Source: an uncultured Pseudomonadota bacterium (GTDB lineage Bacteria > Pseudomonadota > Alphaproteobacteria > RF32 > CAG-239). Taken from it: DNA of 64,000 nt. Position 1 is the stretch's first letter; each line of letters begins with the position of its first letter. Both the position numbers and the translations under genes were made by a program. The stretch covers positions 128,261-192,260 of the forward strand of contig CACWSG010000001.1 in assembly GCA_902763535.1 (NCBI GenBank), written 5' to 3'. The notes below the pieces were generated by a model. It saw only the letters and a list, made by a program, of their open reading frames with translations. It searched no databases and was not told the origin of the DNA. Shown here piece by piece: positions 21,740-30,419 of this stretch.

Positions 21740-23542
21740 CTAGAAATAGTATCTTAAACCCAAAGAATATTCTTGTGTATTCTTGCCGTTGGCATCGATG
21801 AATTCTCCGTCTAGGGCAATCGACCAGTCTTTTGTAATGATGTAATTAATCTCACCATTATATTTGATTTGCTGGAAGTTCTTTTGCGTTGCAATTTGCG
21901 GCTCAATCTCAAACAATGCTCGCCAATTATTCCAACTAAACAAAAAACCTAAATCCAAGCTCAATGCACCGTACGAATTATGAGCAATTCCGCCGCCATA
22001 TCCCAATCTGTTATTAACCAAGGCAAACAAACGCAGATTTTCGCTAAAATCAAAGGCTCCACCGCCACCGACCATAAAACTGCCGACATAATGCTCGCTT
22101 TCATCAGACGGATTCTGCCAATGGTTCACATTTAAATCCAGCTGAAATGAAGTCGGCTTAAACATCACATCAATCGGCGAAATCGAGCGAATATTTAATA
22201 TATCAAACTCATGCAATACCAACTTATCATGCTCGTTATAATAGCGCCACTCCTGATTCAAAAAGTTGATTTGCGCCCCTTTAATCAAACCATAATCATT
22301 GTCGGTCAATGACTGATATGCCGGACGCAACTCCAGTTTTTCAAACATCTCGCCATTGCGCTCACCCGTTCCCATCACCAATCTTTTGGATTCATGAGCT
22401 CGGATGGGATTTTTGCCCTCACTCAACTCGGCAATACTCCCCTTGTCCTTAAAACCGCTTCGAGCGCGCAAAACATCAAAACTTTGTTTGCGATAATCTT
22501 TTAATTCCAGTTTTTTCGCCACCCATTGATATTGCACAAACTGATAGGCCGTTTCCCAAACATCGGCCTTTTGGGCCATTGGCAAGTCGTCGCTCAAATG
22601 ATAATCCTTAGCTTGGATAGCTTTTCTATAAACCTTGCGTTGTGCATCTGTCATCATCTTATAGCGATGTTTGATTTTGTTTTGGCGTGATGGACGATAA
22701 TTTATTTCTTTAACCAAACCTTCTTTGCGCGCCACCGTCTTAAAACTGTCCAGCGGAATAACCCATGCCTTAAACTGTTGCGCCAATTTTAATTGCGGTT
22801 TCACTGCATCAATCATCTCTAAAAGCATATAAGAGCAATTACGGCTGAAAAAATAATAACGCGATTGGGTTTGCCCGATTTCCCAGAGGTGCGCCACCAT
22901 AAAATCCAGCTCTGCTTGGCTGAAATTGAGCGTCAGTTCCCAAATATCGCGGTTTTCAATATTGTTATAGGTATTGATAATATCATAATAAGGCTTGACC
23001 GTAAACCCGCCGAAATAAAGACCGAACAAACCTTTTAAGGCATAAGCCGCCCCAGCTTCCTCACCGGTGAATGCTCCGTAATTAGCCCCATGCGCCAGCA
23101 TCTGCGTGCCTTTGCGCTTGGTATCAATTCGCAAAAGCGTATGCCCGAACATCGATGACGGATTGTTCATATAAGCATCAGTAAACAGCAAAGTCACATC
23201 TTTGGGCTGTAAATCGGCCTTAAATTGATCATATTCCTCACATTTTGGAAAAGCCTTTTGCACCAGTCCTTTTTTTTGCAAATATAAATAGCGCGCCGGA
23301 AACAAACACTGTTTTGCCGTATCATTCTCTTGAAAAAGCTCTATGGTTGCTTGCAATTCGGCTAAAGGATTAGTCTTGCCATCCTCACTCAAAAAAAAGT
23401 TCGGCGAATCTATTGAGCTTTGGCCATTTTGATAATGTCCTAAAGCCAGCCATGCCTCATCAACTTCTTGCGCTGAAGCTAAAAAAGGAAAAAATAAAGT
23501 TATAAAAAAAAGAAGATAGTGCATATTCGTTTTTATCATCAA
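21740..23542 (-). CDS. DUF4105 (Lnb N-terminal periplasmic domain)-like protein with C-terminal beta-barrel
   Basis: Signal peptide 'FPFLASAQ'. The 'MFGHTLLRI' motif is recalled as characteristic of DUF4105. The C-terminus 'YSLGLRYYF' has an OMP-type terminal Phe. The family assignment is from memory and was not searched. Confidence 0.55.
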   Translation of the reverse strand: MMIKTNMHYLLFFITLFFPFLASAQEVDEAWLALGHYQNGQSSIDSPNFFLSEDGKTNPLAELQATIELFQENDTAKQCLFPARYLYLQKKGLVQKAFPKCEEYDQFKADLQPKDVTLLFTDAYMNNPSSMFGHTLLRIDTKRKGTQMLAHGANYGAFTGEEAGAAYALKGLFGLYFGGFTVKPYYDIINTYNNIENRDIWELTLNFSQAELDFMVAHLWEIGQTQSRYYFFSRNCSYMLLEMIDAVKPQLKLAQQFKAWVIPLDSFKTVARKEGLVKEINYRPSRQNKIKHRYKMMTDAQRKVYRKAIQAKDYHLSDDLPMAQKADVWETAYQFVQYQWVAKKLELKDYRKQSFDVLRARSGFKDKGSIAELSEGKNPIRAHESKRLVMGTGERNGEMFEKLELRPAYQSLTDNDYGLIKGAQINFLNQEWRYYNEHDKLVLHEFDILNIRSISPIDVMFKPTSFQLDLNVNHWQNPSDESEHYVGSFMVGGGGAFDFSENLRLFALVNNRLGYGGGIAHNSYGALSLDLGFLFSWNNWRALFEIEPQIATQKNFQQIKYNGEINYIITKDWSIALDGEFIDANGKNTQEYSLGLRYYF

Positions 23543-23571
23543 AATAATTCGGAGAATATCACATATTAAAA

Positions 23572-23697
23572 AAAAGCTCGGATGGTGGGATTTATAGAGT
23601 AATTTTAAGGGGCGATAAAAATTTTAGTGTAGATAGACCTACATGAATTTTTATCGTCCCCGTCAAAATTGCTCTAGAAAACCTCCAGATGAGCTTT
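23572..23697. repeat. About 125-nt imperfect palindromic element (diverged member of the CGGATRG family), acting as 3' hairpin/terminator of 23698..24165
   Basis: 'AAAAGCTCGGATGGTGGG...GGGGCGATAAAAATT' pairs with 'AATTTTTATCGTCCCC...CCAGATGAGCTTTT'. The A-run on the plus strand is a T8 after the hairpin on the minus strand. It starts 1 nt after the stop codon. Confidence 0.6.
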
Positions 23698-24165
23698 TTA
23701 TGCTAATTGCATAATTGATAAGGTAAGATCTACGGCATCTACATCATTGCTGGCAAACAAAACACCGAAGTTGTCTTGAATCTTAACAGCTAAAGTGTTT
23801 TCATCAACATTCAAAATACCGGCAACGGTTTTAATTGTCTCGCCATTACCTTGAGCAGCATCATAAGCAAATTGTTCCATGTTGTTCTCTAAGAAAGCGA
23901 GTAACATTCTGCCTGTTCCGCCGGTAACGCGACCATTAGGATCACAACCTGAAGTACCTGTGGTAATACCAAAAGTTTGAGTTCCGAAAGTTCCGTTAGT
24001 AGTAGCAGCCAAAACTTGCGGAATAATACCGGACTGTCCGCGCCATGCCATTGACCCCAAACCGCAACCGGTTGAATCATAAGCATTGGCATTTGAGCTC
24101 AAAGCCAATACACCAGCAGCAACTGCTGACAAAAGATAAATTTTTTTCATAAGTTCAATCTCCAA
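23698..24165 (-). CDS. Secreted small protein, DUF3015-like
   Basis: Signal peptide, then the 'GCGLGSM' motif and a Gly/Thr-rich core, recalled as DUF3015 features (unverified). Confidence 0.5.
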   Translation of the reverse strand: MEIELMKKIYLLSAVAAGVLALSSNANAYDSTGCGLGSMAWRGQSGIIPQVLAATTNGTFGTQTFGITTGTSGCDPNGRVTGGTGRMLLAFLENNMEQFAYDAAQGNGETIKTVAGILNVDENTLAVKIQDNFGVLFASNDVDAVDLTLSIMQLA

Positions 24166-24272
24166 AAAAATTCACAGTACCACATCAAAGTATCATATTT
24201 TTCTGATATTCCCAGCCCAAAGCGTGACTTTTCCCCCGCAAATTTAACAATACCAAATTGCCTGATATTTTA

Positions 24273-24914
24273 TTAGAGTTCTTGCAAAACATCAATCAAC
24301 AGTTTCTGTTTCGTAATCAATACCGCTCGACTGCCATAGGATTGTACTTTTTCTAAAATTTTCGGATTATCATCAATCCATAAAAAATCGTCAGCTTTAA
24401 TGTTATAATGTTTTGCCAGTTTAGCAACAAAAGTTGCTGATTCTTTGGTATAAAACTCTCCGTTTTGTTTGGCATACATAATATCAAAAACTTCTATCGG
24501 TAACTGCGCTGCCTCAACACCCAACCTCATCTTTAGAACTTTATTTAAATGAAACTTATGATTGTTACTGCAAATACAAAGCTTATATTTGTGGCTTAGC
24601 TCAGTTAATTTTTGCAAAATTCCGCTTTCATCCAAGCTCAAATGCGAATAATCAACATGGTCAACCATCTTGCGAATAAAATCTTCGGTATCAATACCCA
24701 GCTTTTGTGCCAAAAACTCAATATATTTGCAAAAACCTTTTACCGGTTTGTCATAGGTGCAGTCTTCCATACTGGTAAACTTTTCGTCTTGCAGTCCAAA
24801 ATCATCACACACATCATTAAAAGCATAACACATGGCATTAATATCCAATTCCGCAGGGTCATACAAAACCCCATCACAGTCAATAATAACCAATTTAGTT
24901 TTATCTTTTTTCAT
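24273..24914 (-). CDS. HAD-superfamily hydrolase
   Basis: Motif I 'VIIDCDGVLYD', motif II 'CSNN', and motif IV-like 'WIDDNPK'. Confidence 0.8.
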   Translation of the reverse strand: MKKDKTKLVIIDCDGVLYDPAELDINAMCYAFNDVCDDFGLQDEKFTSMEDCTYDKPVKGFCKYIEFLAQKLGIDTEDFIRKMVDHVDYSHLSLDESGILQKLTELSHKYKLCICSNNHKFHLNKVLKMRLGVEAAQLPIEVFDIMYAKQNGEFYTKESATFVAKLAKHYNIKADDFLWIDDNPKILEKVQSYGSRAVLITKQKLLIDVLQEL

Positions 24915-24935
24915 TATAATGCTCTTTATACAAAA

Positions 24936-25598
24936 CTAATTAAACGGATTAAAGTCGGTGCCATTATCATAAAAATCTTCTTTTTCTATTCTTTTAACCA
25001 AGTTAATAACCAAACACGTCAATGGTGTTAATATTGTCTCCACTGCTGTTTTGGTGAGCCAACCGACAATAATTCCCTGAAACAATTGGTTAAGCGGAAT
25101 AATCCCTGCTAAACCGATAATATAAAAAATCGAAGTATCTACCAACTCCCCCACAACTGTTGAAAGAATTGTGCGCAACGGCAAAAACTTTCCCTTGGTC
25201 CATATTTTAATCTTTGCCAAAACATAGTTGTTAGACATATCCCCAAAATAAGCTGCCACCCTTGCCCCGATTACAATTTGCGGAACAACCGCAAAAACGG
25301 TATGGTATGCCGCCTCGTTTTCAAAAAAATGCGCCGGTGGAACTGCCAACATCAATTGGGTAAAACAAGCCACCAAAATACTTGCAAACAAGGTATATTG
25401 CGAAACTCGTTTAGCTTTGGTATAACCATAAATTTCGGTTACCACATCCGATATAATATAAACCACCGGAAAATAGATAATTGTAACCGGCACACCATAA
25501 CCGAAAAAATCAATTATCTTGCCGGCCGTCATATCAGACAAAATCTGAAAAGAAACATTCAGCACCAAAAATAATGCTAATAATTTATATTCTTTCAT
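24936..25598 (-). CDS. yhhQ: Queuosine-precursor transporter (YhhQ/DUF165 family)
   Basis: Polytopic, 220 aa. 'FPVVYIISDVVTEIYGYTKAKRV' matches the conserved YhhQ-family segment. Confidence 0.78.
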   Translation of the reverse strand: MKEYKLLALFLVLNVSFQILSDMTAGKIIDFFGYGVPVTIIYFPVVYIISDVVTEIYGYTKAKRVSQYTLFASILVACFTQLMLAVPPAHFFENEAAYHTVFAVVPQIVIGARVAAYFGDMSNNYVLAKIKIWTKGKFLPLRTILSTVVGELVDTSIFYIIGLAGIIPLNQLFQGIIVGWLTKTAVETILTPLTCLVINLVKRIEKEDFYDNGTDFNPFN

Positions 25599-25621
25599 TA
25601 AAAACCTTCACGCAAAAACTA

Positions 25622-26098
25622 TTATTTCTTATTATATTCCAAAACTTCATCATTAACAAACACCAACTCAACTCCGGCTTGGGCAAACATTTCTTCCGAT
25701 TCTTGTCCGGCATGATATTTTCTTTCGGCAATAACCTTTTTAATCCCGCAGGAAATTAACAACATTGCACAAGTTCGGCATGGTGTCATTCCGACATAAA
25801 TAGTTGCTCCGTCAATCGCCACCCCTCTTTTAGCCGCCTGACATATAGCATTTTGCTCGGCGTGCACTGTTCTGATACAGTGGTCATGCAATTGTCCGTC
25901 CGCTTCATAAGATGCTCTGATTAAGTGTCCGACATCATCACAATGCGGTAATCCGGCCGGTGCCCCGACATAACCGGTACACAAAATTTGGTTATCTTTC
26001 ACAATCACACAAGCACATTTGCCTCTGTCGCAAGTAGCTCTTTTTTGCAAAGCATGCATAACTTCCAAAAAATATTCATCCCAAGTCGGTCTTGCCAT
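25622..26098 (-). CDS. dCMP deaminase (ComEB/CMP-dCMP deaminase zinc-binding family)
   Basis: 'HAEQNAI' (H-A-E) and 'PCRTCAMLL' (P-C-x-x-C) zinc motifs. Confidence 0.9.
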   Translation of the reverse strand: MARPTWDEYFLEVMHALQKRATCDRGKCACVIVKDNQILCTGYVGAPAGLPHCDDVGHLIRASYEADGQLHDHCIRTVHAEQNAICQAAKRGVAIDGATIYVGMTPCRTCAMLLISCGIKKVIAERKYHAGQESEEMFAQAGVELVFVNDEVLEYNKK

Positions 26099-26180
26099 CT
26101 TACAGTCCTCCGCAGATTATCTGACATCTCCTCAAAAGTTTAATGCGATATTATTTTATTGTAAAGCAATATTTTACGAG

Positions 26181-27008
26181 CTATTTATAATCAAATCCAT
26201 CAATAGTTACTTTGGTAGTATAAAGCACAAAACATTTGCCGGGATTATCCCCGTTAACAATCATATCTTTATGCACCTGATTTTTACGTGTTCCGGTACT
26301 CAACCCCAATTCCGGCACATCAACCAACAACCCTTCCAATGAGACAACATCACCTTTTACCAACATACTTAATGCTCTGTTGATGTTTTCGGTTGCCGGA
26401 ATAGGATGATAATTGTTCAGTTCATCATCTTTGATGTAAGGATTACATTTTTCATAATTTTCCTTACTCTGTTGAAAATCTTTTTCATCTTGAAAAAACG
26501 ACATAAATGATGTCTTATATTTTACACCTTTGCACAAAACACTTCCCATCCTTTCTTCATGCTTAAAATCAAACATTTCAAACACTTGCGGCTCTGCCAT
26601 TTTTCCAATTACAATAAAAATATCGCGCGGCACTAAATTGATATAATTTCCTTGTGCTTGCCAACGATAAATTTTGTTCAGCAGACCATCATAATTATCA
26701 ACTATTCCCACCCTTCCTGTAACTTTATAAGCAACTTTTGGCTCAAGTCTATATCGTTTGCCATTGCGAGTTATTTCAATATCCGACACATTGACATTTT
26801 CAAAAAAATCTTGTGTTGATATTTTCTGATTCGATTGTGCTTTTTCCCCGATTACCTGAGGATAAACCAATCTTTTCCAGTACTGCGGATAAAAAAATAT
26901 CCACACAATCAAAAGGGCGCATAAAATCTTTAACAACTTCAACCTACTCTGCCGTTTACCCTCTTCCAATCTGTTTTGTTTAATTCTTTTGCGCCACAAT
27001 TTATGCAT
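26181..27008 (-). CDS. Hypothetical membrane-anchored protein
   Basis: 275-aa ORF with a basic N-terminus and one TM ('ILCALLIVWIFFY'). No recognised motif. Confidence 0.55.
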   Translation of the reverse strand: MHKLWRKRIKQNRLEEGKRQSRLKLLKILCALLIVWIFFYPQYWKRLVYPQVIGEKAQSNQKISTQDFFENVNVSDIEITRNGKRYRLEPKVAYKVTGRVGIVDNYDGLLNKIYRWQAQGNYINLVPRDIFIVIGKMAEPQVFEMFDFKHEERMGSVLCKGVKYKTSFMSFFQDEKDFQQSKENYEKCNPYIKDDELNNYHPIPATENINRALSMLVKGDVVSLEGLLVDVPELGLSTGTRKNQVHKDMIVNGDNPGKCFVLYTTKVTIDGFDYK

Positions 27009-27123
27009 TATTTCAACCTTTGTTTATATAAAACGCTCTAAAGATTCTATTATAATACCAACAAAAAACGCTGCTCACAACAAAACTTGTTTGCAGCGTT
27101 ATCATTAAATTATATTATAACAG

Positions 27124-27708
27124 CTAAGCACGACGAGCAACGCGCTCTTTCTTAATCCGTTCACCTACAACCGCATCATTTTTTTTGGGAAATTTTACGG
27201 TCATTTTAACATTGCCATCTTCGTGCATAGTTTTTTTAATACCTTCAGCTTTGGCGATAATTTCATCAGCACTGGCTTGTTTTGCTTTCAAAGGTTTGAT
27301 TTTTTCCTCTTCAGCAGTTTTTTTATAAAACTTTATAAAATCAACATCCATAGAACACTGAAAAGAATCTTTGCCCCTCTTCACATCACCATAGTTATAA
27401 CCGTATTTATCATTTCTCATATAACGATACAAGTGCGTCATTGATCTATTGTTTTTGTCATAATATGTTACAGCTTCATCTGAAACCGTAACTTTCTTGG
27501 TCTTTGGAAAAAACAAAAAAGCATTTGCATTTTTACCGCCAATAACAACCGGCAACAAAAATTTATTTCCATTCGCCGCTTCTCCCTTATAGAGTACACA
27601 TTTTACCTTGGCTTGTGCACCGGCCGAATACAAACTCTTAGATTTTATTTTTTTCAAATCTTTAAGGGCATATTCTCCTTTGGGAATGTCATAATTCAAA
27701 ATTTCCAT
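27124..27708 (-). CDS. Hypothetical protein (Lys-rich, 194 aa)
   Basis: Good promoter (TTGACA-16-TATCAT) and SD 'aggagga' upstream. Terminator hairpin 'aacgctgc...gcagcgtt' downstream. Confidence 0.6.
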   Translation of the reverse strand: MEILNYDIPKGEYALKDLKKIKSKSLYSAGAQAKVKCVLYKGEAANGNKFLLPVVIGGKNANAFLFFPKTKKVTVSDEAVTYYDKNNRSMTHLYRYMRNDKYGYNYGDVKRGKDSFQCSMDVDFIKFYKKTAEEEKIKPLKAKQASADEIIAKAEGIKKTMHEDGNVKMTVKFPKKNDAVVGERIKKERVARRA

Positions 27709-27795
27709 AATTATCTCCTCCTAAATCAAAACTAACTTATGATAGCACAAACCGATAAAATGTCAATTGTTAAACTTTTCTATGCTGTTTGTAAC

Positions 27796-27842
27796 AAAAA
27801 AAAGCCGCCCGCTCTCTCTTTTTTTGAGTCGAAGCGGACGGC
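27796..27842 (-). terminator. Orphan Rho-independent terminator (minus strand) with no upstream CDS on that strand
   Basis: Stem GCCGTCCGCT/AGCGGGCGGC (minus-strand sense) followed by T8. The nearest upstream minus-strand CDS is about 1.9 kb away (29758). Confidence 0.6.
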
Positions 27843-27859
27843 GATTAAAAAATTGATTT

Positions 27860-28430
27860 TTTTGCCACCTAACAGATTCGAACGATCTGGTTTGTGGCTT
27901 TTGCCCACGCGCGGTCAATGGATGCCGGGCGATTTGCGAGCGATTTGCTCATTGTGTCCTGTGGCTTTTACTTACTTCCCCAAACCACATGTGGTTAGGA
28001 AGTGCCGGGCTTAGGACGAGCATTTTTTCTTGCGCTCCGCTATCCGAGTATCGCATTTTATGTAGCGACCTGATATGCGGATGGAGCGCGGCGGCGGATG
28101 TTTATTTTTTGAACTGCGATGCTGCCGAAGCACCGGAGCTCTTATTTTTGGGCGTCATGGCGGCTTTTTTTGTTTTTTATATTTATTTACACTACCTCCG
28201 CTTTTATTCAAAACCCGTAATTCCATTTGGGCTTCATGACGGCGGAACGCCAGTTTTATGTTACCTTGACTAGATGGGTGTTCTCTGCTTCATGTTTTTT
28301 TATTTTTTTTCGATTTTGTTATCCCGAGGCCGTAGCACGTGCCGCTCTTTATAGCGAAATGCCGGTGGCGCGGGTGATGAATTTGTTTAGACGACTAGGA
28401 CTTATCATTCCGTGGTCTGATCTCTGATTT
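27860..28430 (-). other. GC-elevated, highly structured non-coding block: candidate large ncRNA and/or nest of palindromic-repeat modules
   Basis: There is no credible ORF: three short overlapping ORFs in three different frames have implausible peptides. Strong helices occur at 27974-28003, at 28032-28089, and between 28151-28159 and 28235-28243. Modules 'CGGATGG..GCGGAT..AACTGCGATGCTG..ACCGGAGC..CGCCAGTTTT' (28078-28257) are co-linear with the 63366-63523 repeat. An orphan terminator lies immediately downstream on the minus strand. Confidence 0.45.
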
Positions 28431-28832
28431 TCATGTTTCGTGTGTTTCGGCGTCAATATATTAGATTACTTTACCTTGAAATACACTAACTAATTAGGCG
28501 ATCTTTCTTTCATGACCCTTACATGATTAAACGGTTAAACAAAAGATTTATTTCCCTTAAAGCAACTATCACTCAATATCGGAGCTCAAGGTGCATTATT
28601 TTAATTATATCTTTGTAATTGGTTTGTAAGAAAGTTTATACGCTTTTTCGGAACACAAGTCAAGACAAAAAATACAAAATTTCCGCAAAATATTATAATA
28701 TATTGATTTACAACAAATAAATTTTAAAACATAAACCTAATAAACCTTATTAAAGACGATTTATTGCAAAAATGATTGACAAAAAAAATATTTTTTGCTA
28801 CTCTGCCTACATAAAACTAAAAATTTTACATT

Positions 28833-29558
28833 ATGAAAAAATTATTCTTATTCGCGCTGTTAGTATTGAGCGCACAGGTCATTAACGCTCAGGATTCTTT
28901 GAGCATCAAAAAAAACAAGTTCAGAATAACACAGTCGGTGTCTCTTGCTATTCTGTATGGTAACGACAGCGACAAAGAAACAGAAACTGACTATAATAAT
29001 ACTTCTGCTGATGGAGCTAATTTGGGCGATGTTGCCGACAACATCGATGCCAAAATTGGTGCAAATTTGGGAATCAACATCGAATATTCCCTGAAATTTA
29101 TTCCGGGGAAATTATCCGATGGCATCTTCAAAGACAATCCTTTCGGATTTGCCATTGACCTTGGTTTGATTTTGGCAGCTGATAAACAGAGTGAGTATGG
29201 CTTTACTTTTGACGGCCTGCTCAAAGTCGGTATTGAAACCGGATATGACCATTCGATGGGTTTGGGATTTGATTTCCTGTTCGGAACCGGCAAATCCCCC
29301 GGATTCATCTATTTCTTTGATGAGGAAACAACCAACAATGAGCCCATTCCCTACACCGAGTGGTGTTTCAAGAATGGTTTCCAATTTTGGGTGCGTTCCG
29401 GACTGATAAAGCAGTTGTTACCTAATTCGACAACCAGTATATTTGTCCGATATGTTTATAGTCAAGAACCCAAGGACGCCATATCTGATGAGAATGTGTT
29501 CTTATTTTGGCAAGAAGAAGCCTTGCAAATAGGCCTACTCATCAGTTTCAAATTCTAA
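28833..29558 (+). CDS. Outer-membrane beta-barrel protein (small porin/OmpA-like barrel family)
   Basis: Signal peptide 'LLVLSAQVINAQ', alternating amphipathic strands, and C-terminal 'GLLISFKF' with terminal Phe. Confidence 0.7.
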   Translation: MKKLFLFALLVLSAQVINAQDSLSIKKNKFRITQSVSLAILYGNDSDKETETDYNNTSADGANLGDVADNIDAKIGANLGINIEYSLKFIPGKLSDGIFKDNPFGFAIDLGLILAADKQSEYGFTFDGLLKVGIETGYDHSMGLGFDFLFGTGKSPGFIYFFDEETTNNEPIPYTEWCFKNGFQFWVRSGLIKQLLPNSTTSIFVRYVYSQEPKDAISDENVFLFWQEEALQIGLLISFKF

Positions 29559-29562
29559 CTTA

Positions 29563-29587
29563 CCCCCGACTCTGTCGGGGTTTTTTT
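29563..29587 (+). terminator. Rho-independent terminator of 28833..29558
   Basis: 'cccccgactctgtcgggg' hairpin followed by T7. Confidence 0.7.
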
Positions 29588-29591
29588 ATAC

Positions 29592-29626
29592 AAAAAACCG
29601 CCTTGAGTTTTTTACGCTCAAGACGG
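29592..29626 (-). terminator. Terminator module of ACP-like cassette array (copy 1)
   Basis: In minus-strand sense: GCCGTCTTGAG-loop-CTCAAGGCGG followed by T6. It is preceded by the conserved 'TTAACTCCTGTTCGGGCC' box. Confidence 0.6.
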
Positions 29627-29649
29627 CCCGAACAGGAGTTAACGCCCCT

Positions 29650-29722
29650 TTAATCTACATATCCGTTCAATACGGAATAATACAGCTCAATCATGTCTTT
29701 TACGGTGTCGACACAATGATTT
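29650..29722 (-). pseudogene. Possible 3' remnant of a fourth ACP-like cassette gene
   Basis: A short frame '..NHCVDTVKDMIELYYSVLNGYVD*' ends just before the same conserved box (GGGGCGTTAACTCCTGTTCGGGCCGTC) that follows the stop of 30149..30400. It is interrupted upstream by an in-frame stop. Similarity to ACP helix 4 is weak. Confidence 0.3.
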
Positions 29723-29757
29723 TTATTATTCAGATTTTTTAATCAGATGCTGATTTT

Positions 29758-30012
29758 TCAAACATGCAACGCCGCACATGCGTTGTCAACATATTCGCCG
29801 ATGGTTTTCGATTTTGCCATCTTATCCATCGCTTCTTCATGAAACCTTACATCTAATTTTTTCTCTGTGTTGGCAGCGAGTTCTGCAAAATCGAAACTAT
29901 CAACGATACTGCAATCTTCCAATCGCATCTCATCTTTTAAGTCTCGACAAGGGATGCCACTGCCTTTACTGATTGCTGTATAAACAGCCTGTTTTATTTT
30001 TTCTCTTTCCAT
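29758..30012 (-). CDS. Acyl-carrier-protein-like small protein (cassette 1)
   Basis: 84 aa. The ACP layout includes 'VDSFDFAELAANTEKKLDV' (DS-x-D phosphopantetheine-site motif and helix 2) and 'KTIGEYVDNA' (helix 4). It has its own TTGACA-17-TAAGAT promoter. Confidence 0.7.
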   Translation of the reverse strand: MEREKIKQAVYTAISKGSGIPCRDLKDEMRLEDCSIVDSFDFAELAANTEKKLDVRFHEEAMDKMAKSKTIGEYVDNACAALHV

Positions 30013-30058
30013 AATGATAAATTTTTAATTGGTTTGACATAAAAATTGATTTTGCTCT

Positions 30059-30087
30059 ATCTTAATCTTTTTTGACAATTTTGTCAA
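30059..30087 (-). promoter_or_regulatory. Sigma-70-type promoter of ACP-like cassette 1, -35 embedded in palindrome TTGACAAAATTGTCAA
   Basis: In minus-strand sense: TTGACA, 17 nt, TAAGAT. A perfect 6-4-6 inverted repeat overlaps the -35. Confidence 0.55.
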
Positions 30088-30088
30088 G

Positions 30089-30126
30089 AAAAAACCGCCC
30101 CAAGCTTTTAAGCTTTGAGACGGCCC
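30089..30126 (-). terminator. Terminator module of ACP-like cassette array (copy 2)
   Basis: In minus-strand sense: CCGTCTCAAAGCTT-AA-AAGCTTGGGGCGG followed by T6. The conserved box 'TTAACTCCTGTTCGGGCC' lies immediately 5'. Confidence 0.6.
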
Positions 30127-30148
30127 GAACAGGAGTTAAACCCCCTTT

Positions 30149-30400
30149 TTACACATGGAAGCATTCGCATACTTTAGAAACCAACTCTCCGATGGTCTCT
30201 GATTGCATCAAATCCTCCTCTTGGTCTGGTAATTTTACTCCAAGCTCATTTTCTACATCACTTGCAACGCACATAAAATCCAGGCTATCCCATACGGGAA
30301 AATCTGAAAATTTTGTTTCATCACTCAAGTCTTTCAATGAAACATGAGCTGTGCGGCTGATTGCCATGTAGATTGCGTTTCTTAATTGTTCTCTTTCCAT
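30149..30400 (-). CDS. Acyl-carrier-protein-like small protein (cassette 2)
   Basis: 83 aa. 'WDSLDFMCVASDVENELGVKLPDQE' closely follows the ACP 'DSLD..EL....E.E......P..E' pattern, and 'ETIGELVSKV' corresponds to helix 4. It ends 'CECFHV', like cassette 1's 'CAALHV'. Confidence 0.75.
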   Translation of the reverse strand: MEREQLRNAIYMAISRTAHVSLKDLSDETKFSDFPVWDSLDFMCVASDVENELGVKLPDQEEDLMQSETIGELVSKVCECFHV

Positions 30401-30419
30401 AATGATAATGTTTTAATTA

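Noticed and set aside
27990-28020. RNase P RNA P4-like motif 'GGAAGTGCCGGGCTTAGGAC', resembling 'GGAAAGTCCGGGCTCCATAGG'.
   Set aside because: It carries an insertion in the most conserved part. No matching 3' P4 strand (ACAGAAnCCGGCTTA) lies at the expected distance on either strand, and no other universal RNase P boxes were seen.
27860-28370. tmRNA (ssrA) reading of the structured block. A TTCGAA T-loop-like hairpin (CAGAT-CGTTCGA-ATCTG) is followed by GGTGGC-A just before the terminator. A complementary GCCACC followed by 'GGCAUUUCGCU' (vaguely like GGAUUCGAC) lies about 500 nt upstream.
   Set aside because: The putative acceptor stem lacks the G3:U70 pair required for alanylation. The T-arm is off-register and weak, and no CCA is encoded. 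I could find no tag ORF starting with GCN and ending in a hydrophobic ..AA stop in any frame. An alphaproteobacterial tmRNA would also be expected to be permuted (two-piece), which this arrangement is not. It is kept only as something for cmscan to exclude.
27739-28427. Three ORFs from the track (27739..28014, 27989..28273, 28227..28427) that could be read as a frameshifted pseudogene.
   Set aside because: Their peptides are low-plausibility (Cys/Phe/Arg-rich with no domain-like pattern). They lie in three different frames, lack SDs, and coincide with strong nucleic-acid helices and repeat modules. They are better explained as non-coding.
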